The translations under genes and the position numbers were made by a program. This document shows, one piece after another, positions 29,483-39,038 of a stretch of 64,000 bases of DNA (position 1 is its first letter; each line of letters opens with the position of its first letter). This DNA is from Planctomycetota bacterium (lineage in GTDB: Bacteria > Planctomycetota > GCA-002687715 > CAIWVZ01): assembly GCA_044222185.1 (NCBI GenBank), contig JBGANV010000005.1, forward strand, positions 96,001-160,000. The letters run 5' to 3'. A model generated the notes under the pieces. It did not search any database, had not been told where the DNA came from, and saw only the letters and a list, made by a program, of their open reading frames with translations.

Positions 29483-31366
29483 TCACGGAAGAACGATCGT
29501 CCGCGGTCCGATGATCGACGCGACGCCGGAGGGCGCCGTCGCATTGAACGTGACCGCTGCGGAGTGACAGGTGAACCCGGTCAACCCCGTCGGGAACCAG
29601 AACGCACCCATTCGCTGCCCGGCGCCGTCGAGCACGCCGAACGGTTGATTGGAGCCGAGCGTGTTGGCAGGCGAAAGGCAGAAGTCCAGCAGCCAGTCGA
29701 ATGCCAGCGGAACCGTGCGGCCGTCACCGAGCGGGATGCCGGGCGACGTCGCCGTCGACAGGGCGATCACGTAGCTCGCCGTCGGCTCGCTGGGAACCGA
29801 CAGCGTCCACGGGAAGTTGCCGGTCGCTTCCTGCCCTCCCATGACCATCGACGGTTCGGTGATCGTGAGTGACTGATCCACCGAGACGTTGGTCAAGGTC
29901 TGAACGACGCCCGACGGCCACGTGACCTCGAGCGAGTTGATCAGAGTGTTCGTGCCGAGTCCGAAGTGGACGATTGGCTCGCAGCTCACGAGGAACCCCT
30001 GCCCTGACTTCATCCAATTCGTACGCGTCGTGCCGTCCGCCGTCGTGGTGACGCGGACGCGCGCGCCGATACCCAGGCGATTCGACACCGTGCCGACGAG
30101 GTGGATCTTGAGCCAGTGGTTTGCGTTGAACCCCGGGTTGATCATCATGCACGACGCACGCCAGAGTTCAGGCTCGAGGATGTCCAGGCATCCATCGTTG
30201 TTGAAATCGCCGAAGCCAGCCGAGACGTCTGGTCCGGCGTACGTGAAGCCGCATGCCGGCCCCATGTTGACCCAGGGCAGCGTCGGCGTGTTCTTCATGA
30301 GGCCACACGGTCCGCCCATGTGCTTGAAGAACGCGTCCTGACGGCCGTCGTTGTCGTAGTCGATGTAGAAGCACGCCCAGCCGATCTCGGTCTGACGCGT
30401 TCCATAGGGGATCTCGACCGAGTCGAACACCTGGGTCGACGGATTCCACAGGAACATGGCGTGCCCGTCCGTCGTCGGGTTGCCCATCATGTTCCCCATG
30501 GCGATGTTCGTGTTGGAGATGATCACGGCCATGCGGCCGTCGTTGTTCACGTCGGCGAAGTCGACGCCCATGGCCTGCATGTGGCGATCCATGCCGAGGG
30601 CGGGCGCGACGTCCGTGAACGTCCCATCGTGGTTGTTGCGGAACACCTTGTTCGGCAGATACGTCGGGACGAACGCGTTGTCCGCCGTGGAGAGGATGTC
30701 CGGCCATCCATCCGAGTCGTAGTCGAAGCTCGTTGCAGCGAAGGTCAGGGAGCCGTGCGCCGTGCCTGACTCCGTCGTCACGTCGGTGAAGGTGCCGTCG
30801 TGGTTGTTGTGGAACAGGTGGTTGTTCGCCGCGGCCTCCGGCATGGGACGCGTGCAGCTGTAGAGGTCCAGATATCCATCGCGGTCGTAGTCGAGCCACA
30901 GTGCCTGGAAGCTGTCGCCCGAGATGGCGACGCCGGCTTGCGGCGCGACGTCCACGAACGCCATGGGGCCGACTCCGCGGAACAGCTGGTTGGGGGTTCC
31001 CTGGTTGCTGACGTAGATGTCGAGATAGCCGTCGTTGTCGAAGTCGCCGACGACCATCGACTTGGCGTGTGAGCATGTGCCCATGCCCGTCGCCACGATG
31101 GGGACGAACCCAATCCCCGGTCCCAGATTCAGGAACGGCATGTAGGGCGTCCCGGGAGCGCCGGGGATGATCACGTCCACGAGGCCGTCACCGTTGAAGT
31201 CGGCGATGGCGGCACCGCGGCCGAGGTTGGTCGTGCCGACGACTGCCGGCATGGACACGCCCCACGACGTCGCTTGATCGACGAACGCCTGGGCGACGGC
31301 GGCGGCATTCCCGACGAGGACGACGGCTGCAACGAGTCGCAGCCACGACGATCCATGCTGTTTCAT
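29483..31366 (-). CDS. CRTAC1-like FG-GAP repeat / ASPIC-UnbV protein with C-terminal putative sorting domain
   Basis: Repeats 'ADFNGDGLVD', 'GDFDNDGYLD', 'LDYDRDGYLD', 'FHNNHDGTFTDV'; ASPIC 'NHWLKIHLVGTVSNRLGIGARVRV...VHFGLG...VTWPSG'. Confidence 0.93.
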   Translation of the reverse strand: MKQHGSSWLRLVAAVVLVGNAAAVAQAFVDQATSWGVSMPAVVGTTNLGRGAAIADFNGDGLVDVIIPGAPGTPYMPFLNLGPGIGFVPIVATGMGTCSHAKSMVVGDFDNDGYLDIYVSNQGTPNQLFRGVGPMAFVDVAPQAGVAISGDSFQALWLDYDRDGYLDLYSCTRPMPEAAANNHLFHNNHDGTFTDVTTESGTAHGSLTFAATSFDYDSDGWPDILSTADNAFVPTYLPNKVFRNNHDGTFTDVAPALGMDRHMQAMGVDFADVNNDGRMAVIISNTNIAMGNMMGNPTTDGHAMFLWNPSTQVFDSVEIPYGTRQTEIGWACFYIDYDNDGRQDAFFKHMGGPCGLMKNTPTLPWVNMGPACGFTYAGPDVSAGFGDFNNDGCLDILEPELWRASCMMINPGFNANHWLKIHLVGTVSNRLGIGARVRVTTTADGTTRTNWMKSGQGFLVSCEPIVHFGLGTNTLINSLEVTWPSGVVQTLTNVSVDQSLTITEPSMVMGGQEATGNFPWTLSVPSEPTASYVIALSTATSPGIPLGDGRTVPLAFDWLLDFCLSPANTLGSNQPFGVLDGAGQRMGAFWFPTGLTGFTCHSAAVTFNATAPSGVASIIGPRTIVLP

Positions 31367-31643
31367 GTGAACGACTCTCGACGGGTCGCGACCTGCCAGT
31401 TCGACGCGCGTTCATGCCGCGGCATGCGGACCTGACTGCAACGCTGGATGACCTGGCTCGACGCGGCCGGAACCTGTGGGAAAAAGCCCGCGCAGTATAC
31501 CGGCGCCTCGTCGGGACTCGACACGTTGTCGGAGAAACGAGCCGGCGGCCTCCGAACACCCCGTTTCACCGTCGTCGGGAGTATGGATGCCGTGAACTCC
31601 GCGCTTACACCTTGGCCTGGAACGGTTTATTCGGACCTGCCGC

Positions 31644-32456
31644 TCAGGTCCGGGAGCCGGGCTTCGCCGCGTATTCACCGCTCCCGCGGAAGAGCCGCGT
31701 CGTGACGGAAAGCACGAGCGCGCGCGGAAGGTTCCGGGCCAGCCAGGAAACGAGGCGGTTTCCCAGCCCGGCGACGACGACCCCCGATCCGTCGAGGACG
31801 GCTCGCATTCCGATGTCCGCGACCTCGTCGGCCGACATGGATGGGAACTTCATCAGGTGCCTGCCGAGACGCGCGACGCCGTGAAACTCAGTGTCCGTCA
31901 TGCCAGGGCAGAGACAGATCACGTTCACCGCCGGTGCCAGCTCCACCCGCAGCGCTTCGCTGAAACTCAGCACGAAGGCCTTCGTGGCGGCGTAGGGACC
32001 GAAGTACGGAACGGGCTGGAACGCGGCCGTCGACGCCACGTTCACGATCGACCCGCCGCCACGCGAAATCATGTCGGTTCCCAATTCCCACGCGAGCGAG
32101 GTCAAGGCCTCGACGTTGAGTCGAACCATGGACCGCAGGGTCGTGAGCGACGTTCCCAGCGTCGTCCCGTATGCGCCGAAGCCGGCGTTGTTGACGAGGA
32201 GGTCCACGGGAATCTCGCGCGAGCGAACGTGCGCGAGGACGCCATCGACGGCCGATGGATCCGCGAGGTCGGCGGCAATCGTCCATGCTCGACGCCCCGA
32301 CGTCACGATCTCGGCCGCGAGCGCATCGAGGCGATCGCGGCGTCGAGCGACGAGGACGACGTCCGTTCCCTGCCGCGCCAGCCGGCGAGCGAACGAAAGC
32401 CCGATCCCCGACGAGGCTCCGGTGACGAGTGCGACGCGTGGTGCGGAACGAGGCAT
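31644..32456 (-). CDS. Short-chain dehydrogenase/reductase (SDR)
   Basis: 'VTGASSGIG', 'LVNNAG', 'NVAS', catalytic 'YAATK'. Confidence 0.95.
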   Translation of the reverse strand: MPRSAPRVALVTGASSGIGLSFARRLARQGTDVVLVARRRDRLDALAAEIVTSGRRAWTIAADLADPSAVDGVLAHVRSREIPVDLLVNNAGFGAYGTTLGTSLTTLRSMVRLNVEALTSLAWELGTDMISRGGGSIVNVASTAAFQPVPYFGPYAATKAFVLSFSEALRVELAPAVNVICLCPGMTDTEFHGVARLGRHLMKFPSMSADEVADIGMRAVLDGSGVVVAGLGNRLVSWLARNLPRALVLSVTTRLFRGSGEYAAKPGSRT

Positions 32457-32620
32457 GCAATCTCCCCTGCGAACCGGCGGTCACTGTAGCTCGCACCCGG
32501 ACGCGACCGAGTCCCGAGTCGCCGCCGCAGTCGTCGTTCACGCCGCCGTGATTGCCCCCCCGCCCGCACCCGGTACTCTTTCCCACCACACACGCCGACA
32601 GAGCTTCGATCCACGCACAC

Positions 32621-33868
32621 ATGCCGATTCCACCGCCGCGCGACCACATCGTCGGTCAACATGCGACCGAGCCTGCCGAGCCCCGCGGCGCGTTCGGCGG
32701 TTACATCGGGCCTCGAACGCTGACAGGTCTCGTCCGCAACACGGCGCCCTACCTCTTCGACGGCTCGTCGGCGCGCTTCCAGGCACCGCCACAGACCACG
32801 GGGACGCGTCTCCACGAGCACGCGGCTCATCCGCTGGGCTGGTGGAGCATCCTCCGCAAGGCCGAGCAGGTCGTCGCCCGCGAGTCCCCCACACCCGAGG
32901 AGTGGACGGACTACTTCGCGCTGTGCGTCGCCGCGCACTTCGCCAGCGTGATGACGTTCGTCCCGACCGACGTCGACACGAAGATCCGCGCCCACCTCTG
33001 GTTCGAACGCCGAGCCGACGAACTCGTCCTGATGCGCCGCTTCGCCCTCGGCCTGAAGGACTGGGACTTGCGCGGAGTCAGCGCGCGCTTCGTGCAGGTG
33101 GACGGGTTCGGACCGGTTTCGGGACATGACGGCGAGGCCTTGTCCGTTCTGTGTGGAGCACTGCTCGGCCACATGGACTCGGGTGACACGGCCGGTGCGG
33201 CCGAGCTCGAGGATGCCGTCGACGCGGAGCTTCACCGAGAAGCCCGCGCGTTCGACGCCGTCGCAGCGACGCCGGGCCGCGAGCGCGATCTCCTCACCAT
33301 GGCCGCAGCGATGACGCACAACGCCGGTGACGTGGACCAGGGGTTCAGTGCACGCGAGGGCAAGCGCGTCGGCGAGAAACAGAAGCTCCGGTTCACGCGA
33401 CTCGCACACGAGCGCTTCGAGCGGTATGGCAAGTCGTTCGGGAAGGCTGCGGCCTTGTACCGAGAGCTCCTCTCGAGCGAGGGGCACCGGCACTACCCCA
33501 TGCGCGAGATCCGCCCGCTGCGACGCGACCCGGACCTGCTCCTCCCCATCGGGCCGTTCTTCGACGACTGGGGGCTACGCCTGGCGAGATACGCGGGGTT
33601 CTCGCCACAGGAGCGCGCCGACGTCTTCGGCGGGATCGTGACCGCATGCTTCCGGGTGAAAGGGCAGATCGGCTACTTCCGCGCGCTCGCCGGCATGGCC
33701 CGAGGCCTGCCGCAAGGGTTGGACTCGGACGGCGTGCTTCGCTACCTCCCGTCGGGAATCCGCCGCGACCTGCGAGACGCCGAGCTTCGCCAGCGCGTGG
33801 CGATCCGCCAGGAGTCTTTCGAGTCCAGCCTGTCCAAGCGGGCGCGAGCGATCCTCGCGACTTGGTGA
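32621..33868 (+). CDS. Hypothetical protein with His/Asp/Glu motifs
   Basis: Protein-like long ORF; motifs 'AAHFASV.TFVPTDVD..IR', 'SGHDGE', 'HNAGDVDQG', 'EGHRHYP'; its stop overlaps the next start (GTGA). Start uncertain (32552 or 32621). Confidence 0.75.
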   Translation: MPIPPPRDHIVGQHATEPAEPRGAFGGYIGPRTLTGLVRNTAPYLFDGSSARFQAPPQTTGTRLHEHAAHPLGWWSILRKAEQVVARESPTPEEWTDYFALCVAAHFASVMTFVPTDVDTKIRAHLWFERRADELVLMRRFALGLKDWDLRGVSARFVQVDGFGPVSGHDGEALSVLCGALLGHMDSGDTAGAAELEDAVDAELHREARAFDAVAATPGRERDLLTMAAAMTHNAGDVDQGFSAREGKRVGEKQKLRFTRLAHERFERYGKSFGKAAALYRELLSSEGHRHYPMREIRPLRRDPDLLLPIGPFFDDWGLRLARYAGFSPQERADVFGGIVTACFRVKGQIGYFRALAGMARGLPQGLDSDGVLRYLPSGIRRDLRDAELRQRVAIRQESFESSLSKRARAILATW

Positions 33869-34707
33869 CGTCCGTGACGACCCGGATCCTCGCCAGGGAC
33901 GACGGATGGAAACTCCTCGAGCGCCTCGCACTCGACCGCGCGGACGCGTGGCCCCGCTTCGCGCAGGGCGAGCCGATCACGGAGACGTCGCGGGGGTTCG
34001 TCCGTCGATTTCGCACCGACGACGGGGCCGGGTTCTACTTCAAGTACTACCGGCCGGGGGCATTCTGGAAGCGGCTCGCGCCCACGATGACGTGGAGTCG
34101 TCCGCTGAACGAGTTCACCGCGCTGACGTTCCTCCGCGAGCACGGCATCGACGCCGTCGAACCCGTGGGCGCAGGATGCTCGCGGCGGTTGGGCCTGCTC
34201 TCGGGAGGCTTCGTCCTCACGCGCGAAGCCGAGGGCATGGAGACGCTGGAGCAGTGGGTGCCACGCCTGGGGCTTTCGCCCGCTGCGGCGGACGTGCTCC
34301 GGCGCCGCAACGCCGCACGCGATCTGGGCGCGCTCGTCGCCCGCATGCACGCGTTGCAGTTCTTCGCCCACGACCTGTACTTTCGCAACGTGCTGGCCGC
34401 TCCCATCGAGTCGCCGAGACCGTCCCTGCGATTCACGTTTCTGGATTTCCCACGGGGCCGATCGGTGGCGGGGATCGGCGCAACGCACGCCCTGCGGCTC
34501 GCGGCGTACGACCTCGCGGCATTGGACAAGCAGGCGCCCGCGTTCCTCTCGCGCACCGATCGTCTCCGCGCGATCGAGGGCTACCTGGGGCGACGACCCG
34601 AGGCGCGCGATCTCACTCTCCTCGACCTGACGGATTCAATCCGAACGCGCCAGCTCGCGAAGCGCGCGGCACGACTCGCGCGCCGCTCGAGGCTCAGCGG
34701 CCGCTAG
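33865..34707 (+). CDS. Lipopolysaccharide kinase (Kdo/WaaP/InaA-like)
   Basis: 'FYFKYY', 'NEFTALTFLREHGI...EPV', 'LTRE', catalytic 'MHALQFFAHDLYFRNVL', 'FLDF', 'SRTDRLR'; GTG 33865 overlaps the upstream TGA. Confidence 0.85.
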   Translation: MTSVTTRILARDDGWKLLERLALDRADAWPRFAQGEPITETSRGFVRRFRTDDGAGFYFKYYRPGAFWKRLAPTMTWSRPLNEFTALTFLREHGIDAVEPVGAGCSRRLGLLSGGFVLTREAEGMETLEQWVPRLGLSPAAADVLRRRNAARDLGALVARMHALQFFAHDLYFRNVLAAPIESPRPSLRFTFLDFPRGRSVAGIGATHALRLAAYDLAALDKQAPAFLSRTDRLRAIEGYLGRRPEARDLTLLDLTDSIRTRQLAKRAARLARRSRLSGR

Positions 34708-36199
34708 CCGCGTCGCCGTCGAGCGCACCCTCCGGCGGCTTCACGCCGAATGCGTCCATGAGCAATCGGTGCGGCCAGCCGCGCAGTCCGACGAGGCCGG
34801 CACGCTCGGCTTGAATCGCCGCATCGCGCGTCCCGTTCCTGTCGCCGATCAACAGCCGCAGGCTCGCGAGATGCGCCCAGAGGTTGGCGCTCTTCGGATC
34901 CGCCTTCGCGGCTTCGTCGAGTGCGGCCGCGAACGGCGCGAGGGGCGCCTTGTCCGCACCCGGACAAAGGTCCGTGTAGAAGGCGTCCGTCGATTTGCCG
35001 GGCTCGACGTCGCGGGCGTAGTTCACGAAGTCAGAGGCAGCCGCCTTGGCATCGCCGGCCTTGAAGCGTGCGCGCGACAGCGTCATGTAGCCGGGCACGA
35101 ACAATGGCGACGAGAGCTTCACGGCCTTCTCCGCCAGCGGCACGGCATCGGCGGGCTTGTCGATCTCGACCATGAGCTCGGCCGCGCGGGCCAACGGCTG
35201 CCAGGACATGGGATTCAGGTCCGTCGCCGCGCGGTAGAGATCCGCGGCCTTCGCGAGCTGCTCTTTGTCCGCCGGCGAGTACGGCGCGACCTGGCTCCGG
35301 TCCTTCCCCGCGTTTCGAGCGGTGATCGGCATCTCCGTCCGGCGGGCGAGCCGGCATTTGATCCCGGCGTGCTTGGGGTTGGCCTCGACCTGCTTTGCGA
35401 GTTCGGCGACATCGTTCCCGGCGAAGGCGCCCGGGAAGTCCGGCTCGGGCTTCTTCTTCGTGAGCGTACTCGCGAATGGATGGCGCCCGCCACTGCTGGC
35501 GTCACAGAGGCCATCCTGCTCCGCTTCGTGGAACTGGAGCCACGCATCCTCGAGGCTTCCGACCTCGAACAGGAATGCAGAGTAGGCCAGGCGGAGGTGA
35601 ACGTGGTGCGGTGTCTCGGCCACGAGCTTCTTGAAGCCGGCGTCGAGGCCGGACTTCACGTTCGGGATCGCGACGAACGCCGTGAGGAGTCCCTGCGTCG
35701 CGCCGAATGCGGGCATGTTGCCGGACTTGAACCAGCCGAGCATGGTCTCGACCGCCTCGGCTTCGCGGCCCAGGCGCAGCAAGGCCTTCACGACGTCCGT
35801 TGCGACGACCATTTCCGTCGGCTCGATGGCGAGCACCCGACGACCGAGCGTGACGGCTTCGTCCAAGCGCTTGGAGTAGTACGCGTCACGAGCGAGCGCC
35901 CGCAGTGGGATGATCGAGTTCGGGTTCTTTTCGAGGATCTTCTTGAAGAGGTCCTGAACGTCGTCGAGGCGCGCGTTCATGCGCTTGGCGCTACGGCTCT
36001 CGGCCTGCGTCTCGATGAGAAGCGCCTGCGCGAGGCGGAGCTGGAGGCCCACGTTTTCGGGTGAGCGCTGGACGGCAGCCTGAAGTCCGGCGGCATCACC
36101 GCGCGCGTAGCTGCCGACCATTTCCTGTGACCACAGCACAGGACAGAACGCTGCAGACAGAAGGAGAGATCGCACACACCGCGCGCGCATCGTCAGCAT
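34694..36199 (-). CDS. Exported tetratricopeptide-repeat protein
   Basis: Signal ending VLWS-QE; multiple TPR-like helix pairs, e.g. 'DEAVTLGRRVLAIEP', 'AADLYRAATDLNP', 'AVPLAEKAVKLS'. Confidence 0.82.
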   Translation of the reverse strand: MLTMRARCVRSLLLSAAFCPVLWSQEMVGSYARGDAAGLQAAVQRSPENVGLQLRLAQALLIETQAESRSAKRMNARLDDVQDLFKKILEKNPNSIIPLRALARDAYYSKRLDEAVTLGRRVLAIEPTEMVVATDVVKALLRLGREAEAVETMLGWFKSGNMPAFGATQGLLTAFVAIPNVKSGLDAGFKKLVAETPHHVHLRLAYSAFLFEVGSLEDAWLQFHEAEQDGLCDASSGGRHPFASTLTKKKPEPDFPGAFAGNDVAELAKQVEANPKHAGIKCRLARRTEMPITARNAGKDRSQVAPYSPADKEQLAKAADLYRAATDLNPMSWQPLARAAELMVEIDKPADAVPLAEKAVKLSSPLFVPGYMTLSRARFKAGDAKAAASDFVNYARDVEPGKSTDAFYTDLCPGADKAPLAPFAAALDEAAKADPKSANLWAHLASLRLLIGDRNGTRDAAIQAERAGLVGLRGWPHRLLMDAFGVKPPEGALDGDAASGR

Positions 36200-36314
36200 G
36201 ACAACCCTCGAAGTGATGGCCGCGGCGTTTTGCGGCCCGGGGATTGTAGGCGGTTCGGATGCGGCAAGAAGGGGCGACGGCGGTCGGTTGCCGCCGTCGG
36301 TCACGCCCCACAGC

Positions 36315-38870
36315 TCAGCGGCTCTCGGGCCGCGACTCGGGCGACGGCGGCACGATGCGGATCAAGGACTCCCCGTCGACGAAGAGGATCTCGGAACCGA
36401 GAGCAAGGACCGGCCCGAGATCGGGCCGCTTGGTCAGCAGGTCGAAGTAGGCCTGCGAGCACATTTCGATTCGCACGAGTCGCGCGCCAAGCGTCGTCGG
36501 GTCGAGGGCCAGTGTCGCCGCGTCGACCTGGACGCCACGGCGCAGGTAGAACGTTCGCGAGCCGACTCGCGTCATCGCGGACGTGGTCGACGTCCCGCCT
36601 TCGCTCTGGGCCTCGCGCAACTCCTTCAGTTGACGCGAGAGCGAGATGGCGTCGCTGAAGTATCCCCGGGCGGCCTTGGCGGCCTCGCCTGCATCCCTGT
36701 CGCGCGAACTCCGACCCGCCTTGTCGGCGCGGGTCTCCTCGCCGAGCAGCGCGTCGGAGTTCCGCGCGTCGGCGCCGGGCTTGCCGTCGGCGGGAGGAAG
36801 GGTCGTCGTCGTGCCCGCGGGCGCCTTCCCGCCAGCCGACATCGTGAGGAAATCGTCCACGGCCTCTTCGGCCTTCTCGAGCTTGCCTTCCGAGTCTCCG
36901 AGACGACGCGCGCTCGGTGCCGCGCTCTTCTTGGCCGGTGTGTTGAAGCGGGCCTGCGGATCCGCGGAGGCCTCGGGCGCCGCCGGTTGGGCACCGCCCC
37001 CCCAGCCGAACGCACCGTTGTCGTCCCTGCCACCTCCGGTCGGCGCAACTCCCCTGTGCGAACGCTCCGCGCCCGTCTCCATCCGCTGTCGCAGCGTGGG
37101 CTGCGGCGTGTCCTCGACGACGAGGAAGGACGTATAGGGCGTCACGATGCCGTACTTCACACCGAGTCGGACGACCTCGTCGCGCAGCTCCTTCTGGACC
37201 CCGTTCAGACGGATTTGATCCAGCAAGTACCCGACCTTGCGCACGGCCCAGAGCCGCGGAAGCTCGGGACGCCGGGCCGAGCCGCCGACCTTCAGCAAGT
37301 ACGTCGCCTCGAACGTCCTGCCGTTCACCTGGCCGGTGAGGCGCACCTTGGCGTCACCCTCGCCGCGGAAGCGACCCGTGAGCATCAGCTGCCCGCCACG
37401 GAAGAGATCGGGGAGCTTCTTTGGGTAGATCTCCTCCGTCTTCACGCCGTCGATCTCCACGCGCACGTCGCTCACGACGGGGTTCGCGACCTTCTCGTAG
37501 AACGACGACACCTTCACCTCGATGTCCTCGCGCTCGTCGACGTAGTCGTGCGCACCGTGGTTCTGCTCGGCGAGCGAATCGAGCAGCGTCGTGTTGACGT
37601 CGTGGCCGACACCGAACACGAAGAGCCTGGTGAGTGCCTGGTTCTTTTCCCGGACGGACCGCAGGATCGAGTCCACGTCGGTGGTCCCGACCGTGGGCTG
37701 GCCATCGGTGAGGAAGATGACGAGGAACGGCCTGGCGCGGTCCTGGCTCATGGCGAGTGCGAGCGTCAGCGAATCGCAGATGTTCGTTCCACCGAGCGCC
37801 TTGATGTCGCGCACGGCCGCCAGCGCCTGATCGATCGACGCCGGCGTCACGTCCGTGAGCTTCTCGCTCCACGGGCGCGGTTCGGTCGAGAACGGGATGA
37901 GTCCGAAGCGGTCACCCTTGTTCAGGCTGCGCAGGCAGAACGACAGCGCGCGCCGCAACTGCTCGATCTTGTCGCCCGCCATGGACCCGGACGTGTCGGC
38001 CACGAACACGACGTCTTTCGCGACGGCTTCGGCGGCCTTCGAGTCGACGGACGGCGATAGGAGAAGCGCAAACGCGCCTTCGGTCCCTTGTTCCACGTGG
38101 GAGAGCATCATGGCGCCGATGGGGTCGTTGCCGAGCCCGATCGTGAGCACGAAGTCGCGGTCGGCAGGGCACGGCTTCTGCTCGAACGAAACCTTGGCTT
38201 CCAGGTCACCCTTCCTCGACACGTCGACCGGATGGGACGGCGAGTACAACGCGCGGAGCGGCGTCTTCGACGTGATCTCGACGAGGACGGATGCCGAGTC
38301 GACGACGGCCGGCACCGGTCCCTGGGTGCGCAGCGGATAGCGATACTCGACGAGCGACCCGGAGCGGGTCAGGGTCTCGGAGTACGAGAGCTCGATGTCC
38401 GTCGTGCCGAGCGCGGGAATGGGGAAGATCTTCGCCTGGAACAGTCGTCGCCCGACGTACTCGAGGAGCGCCGGGTCGAGCGCCCGCGCGACGATGCTGC
38501 GATAGATCCCCGCCGCCTTCTCCCGCTCCAGGACCTCGCCCGGGACCATCTTGCCGCCCATCGACAGTGAGAACCCCGCGATCGCCGCGTCCTCGGGCAG
38601 TGGGAAGAAGTACGTGCCTTCGAGCTGGACCTGGTTCGGATTGCGGAACGTCTGGCGGATCGTCGTCGTCGCGACTCCGTCGTCGATCTTCACGGCCACT
38701 GCGTGGCGCGCGATCACGATGGGCGCGAAGCGGGGTGGTCCGGGGCGCGGGAGGATCGGTCTCGCGACGTCGTCGCGGACGCCGAGATCGTGAATGAACT
38801 GCGCCTGAACGCCGGCCGCGGCCAAGGCCGCGAGCACGACCGAAAGAGAAAGCATCCTGGATGCGCGCAT
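36315..38870 (-). CDS. VIT + von Willebrand factor A domain protein (inter-alpha-trypsin-inhibitor-like)
   Basis: VIT 'VATTTIRQTFRNP...EGTYFFPLP..AAI'; MIDAS 'DTSGSM', 'GGTN', 'FLTDG'; 'RLWAVRKVGYLL', 'YGIVTPYTSFLV'; signal ending VQA-QF; GGGAG RBS. Confidence 0.93.
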   Translation of the reverse strand: MRASRMLSLSVVLAALAAAGVQAQFIHDLGVRDDVARPILPRPGPPRFAPIVIARHAVAVKIDDGVATTTIRQTFRNPNQVQLEGTYFFPLPEDAAIAGFSLSMGGKMVPGEVLEREKAAGIYRSIVARALDPALLEYVGRRLFQAKIFPIPALGTTDIELSYSETLTRSGSLVEYRYPLRTQGPVPAVVDSASVLVEITSKTPLRALYSPSHPVDVSRKGDLEAKVSFEQKPCPADRDFVLTIGLGNDPIGAMMLSHVEQGTEGAFALLLSPSVDSKAAEAVAKDVVFVADTSGSMAGDKIEQLRRALSFCLRSLNKGDRFGLIPFSTEPRPWSEKLTDVTPASIDQALAAVRDIKALGGTNICDSLTLALAMSQDRARPFLVIFLTDGQPTVGTTDVDSILRSVREKNQALTRLFVFGVGHDVNTTLLDSLAEQNHGAHDYVDEREDIEVKVSSFYEKVANPVVSDVRVEIDGVKTEEIYPKKLPDLFRGGQLMLTGRFRGEGDAKVRLTGQVNGRTFEATYLLKVGGSARRPELPRLWAVRKVGYLLDQIRLNGVQKELRDEVVRLGVKYGIVTPYTSFLVVEDTPQPTLRQRMETGAERSHRGVAPTGGGRDDNGAFGWGGGAQPAAPEASADPQARFNTPAKKSAAPSARRLGDSEGKLEKAEEAVDDFLTMSAGGKAPAGTTTTLPPADGKPGADARNSDALLGEETRADKAGRSSRDRDAGEAAKAARGYFSDAISLSRQLKELREAQSEGGTSTTSAMTRVGSRTFYLRRGVQVDAATLALDPTTLGARLVRIEMCSQAYFDLLTKRPDLGPVLALGSEILFVDGESLIRIVPPSPESRPESR

Positions 38871-38908
38871 GGAAACACACTCCCTGAAAGTCGATTCGCG
38901 CCAAGTTG

Positions 38909-38998
38909 GACGCGCATCCGTCGGGAGAGTTCCGATCGCTGCGACCGGGTTCCGGCCGCGATCCGCCCGCTCGAACGAAAGCACCCAGACCTGGTTCA
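38909..38998 (-). promoter_or_regulatory. Two tandem ECF-type promoters upstream of the VIT-VWA gene
   Basis: Minus strand GGAAC(38933-38929)-N16-CGTC(38912-38909) and TGAAC(38998-38994)-N16-CGTT(38977-38974), matching the generic ECF AAC...CGT pattern. Confidence 0.5.
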
Positions 38999-39038
38999 CA
39001 AGCCCGGGTGCGACAGGGTTTTGGTTCGTCGGATCCGC

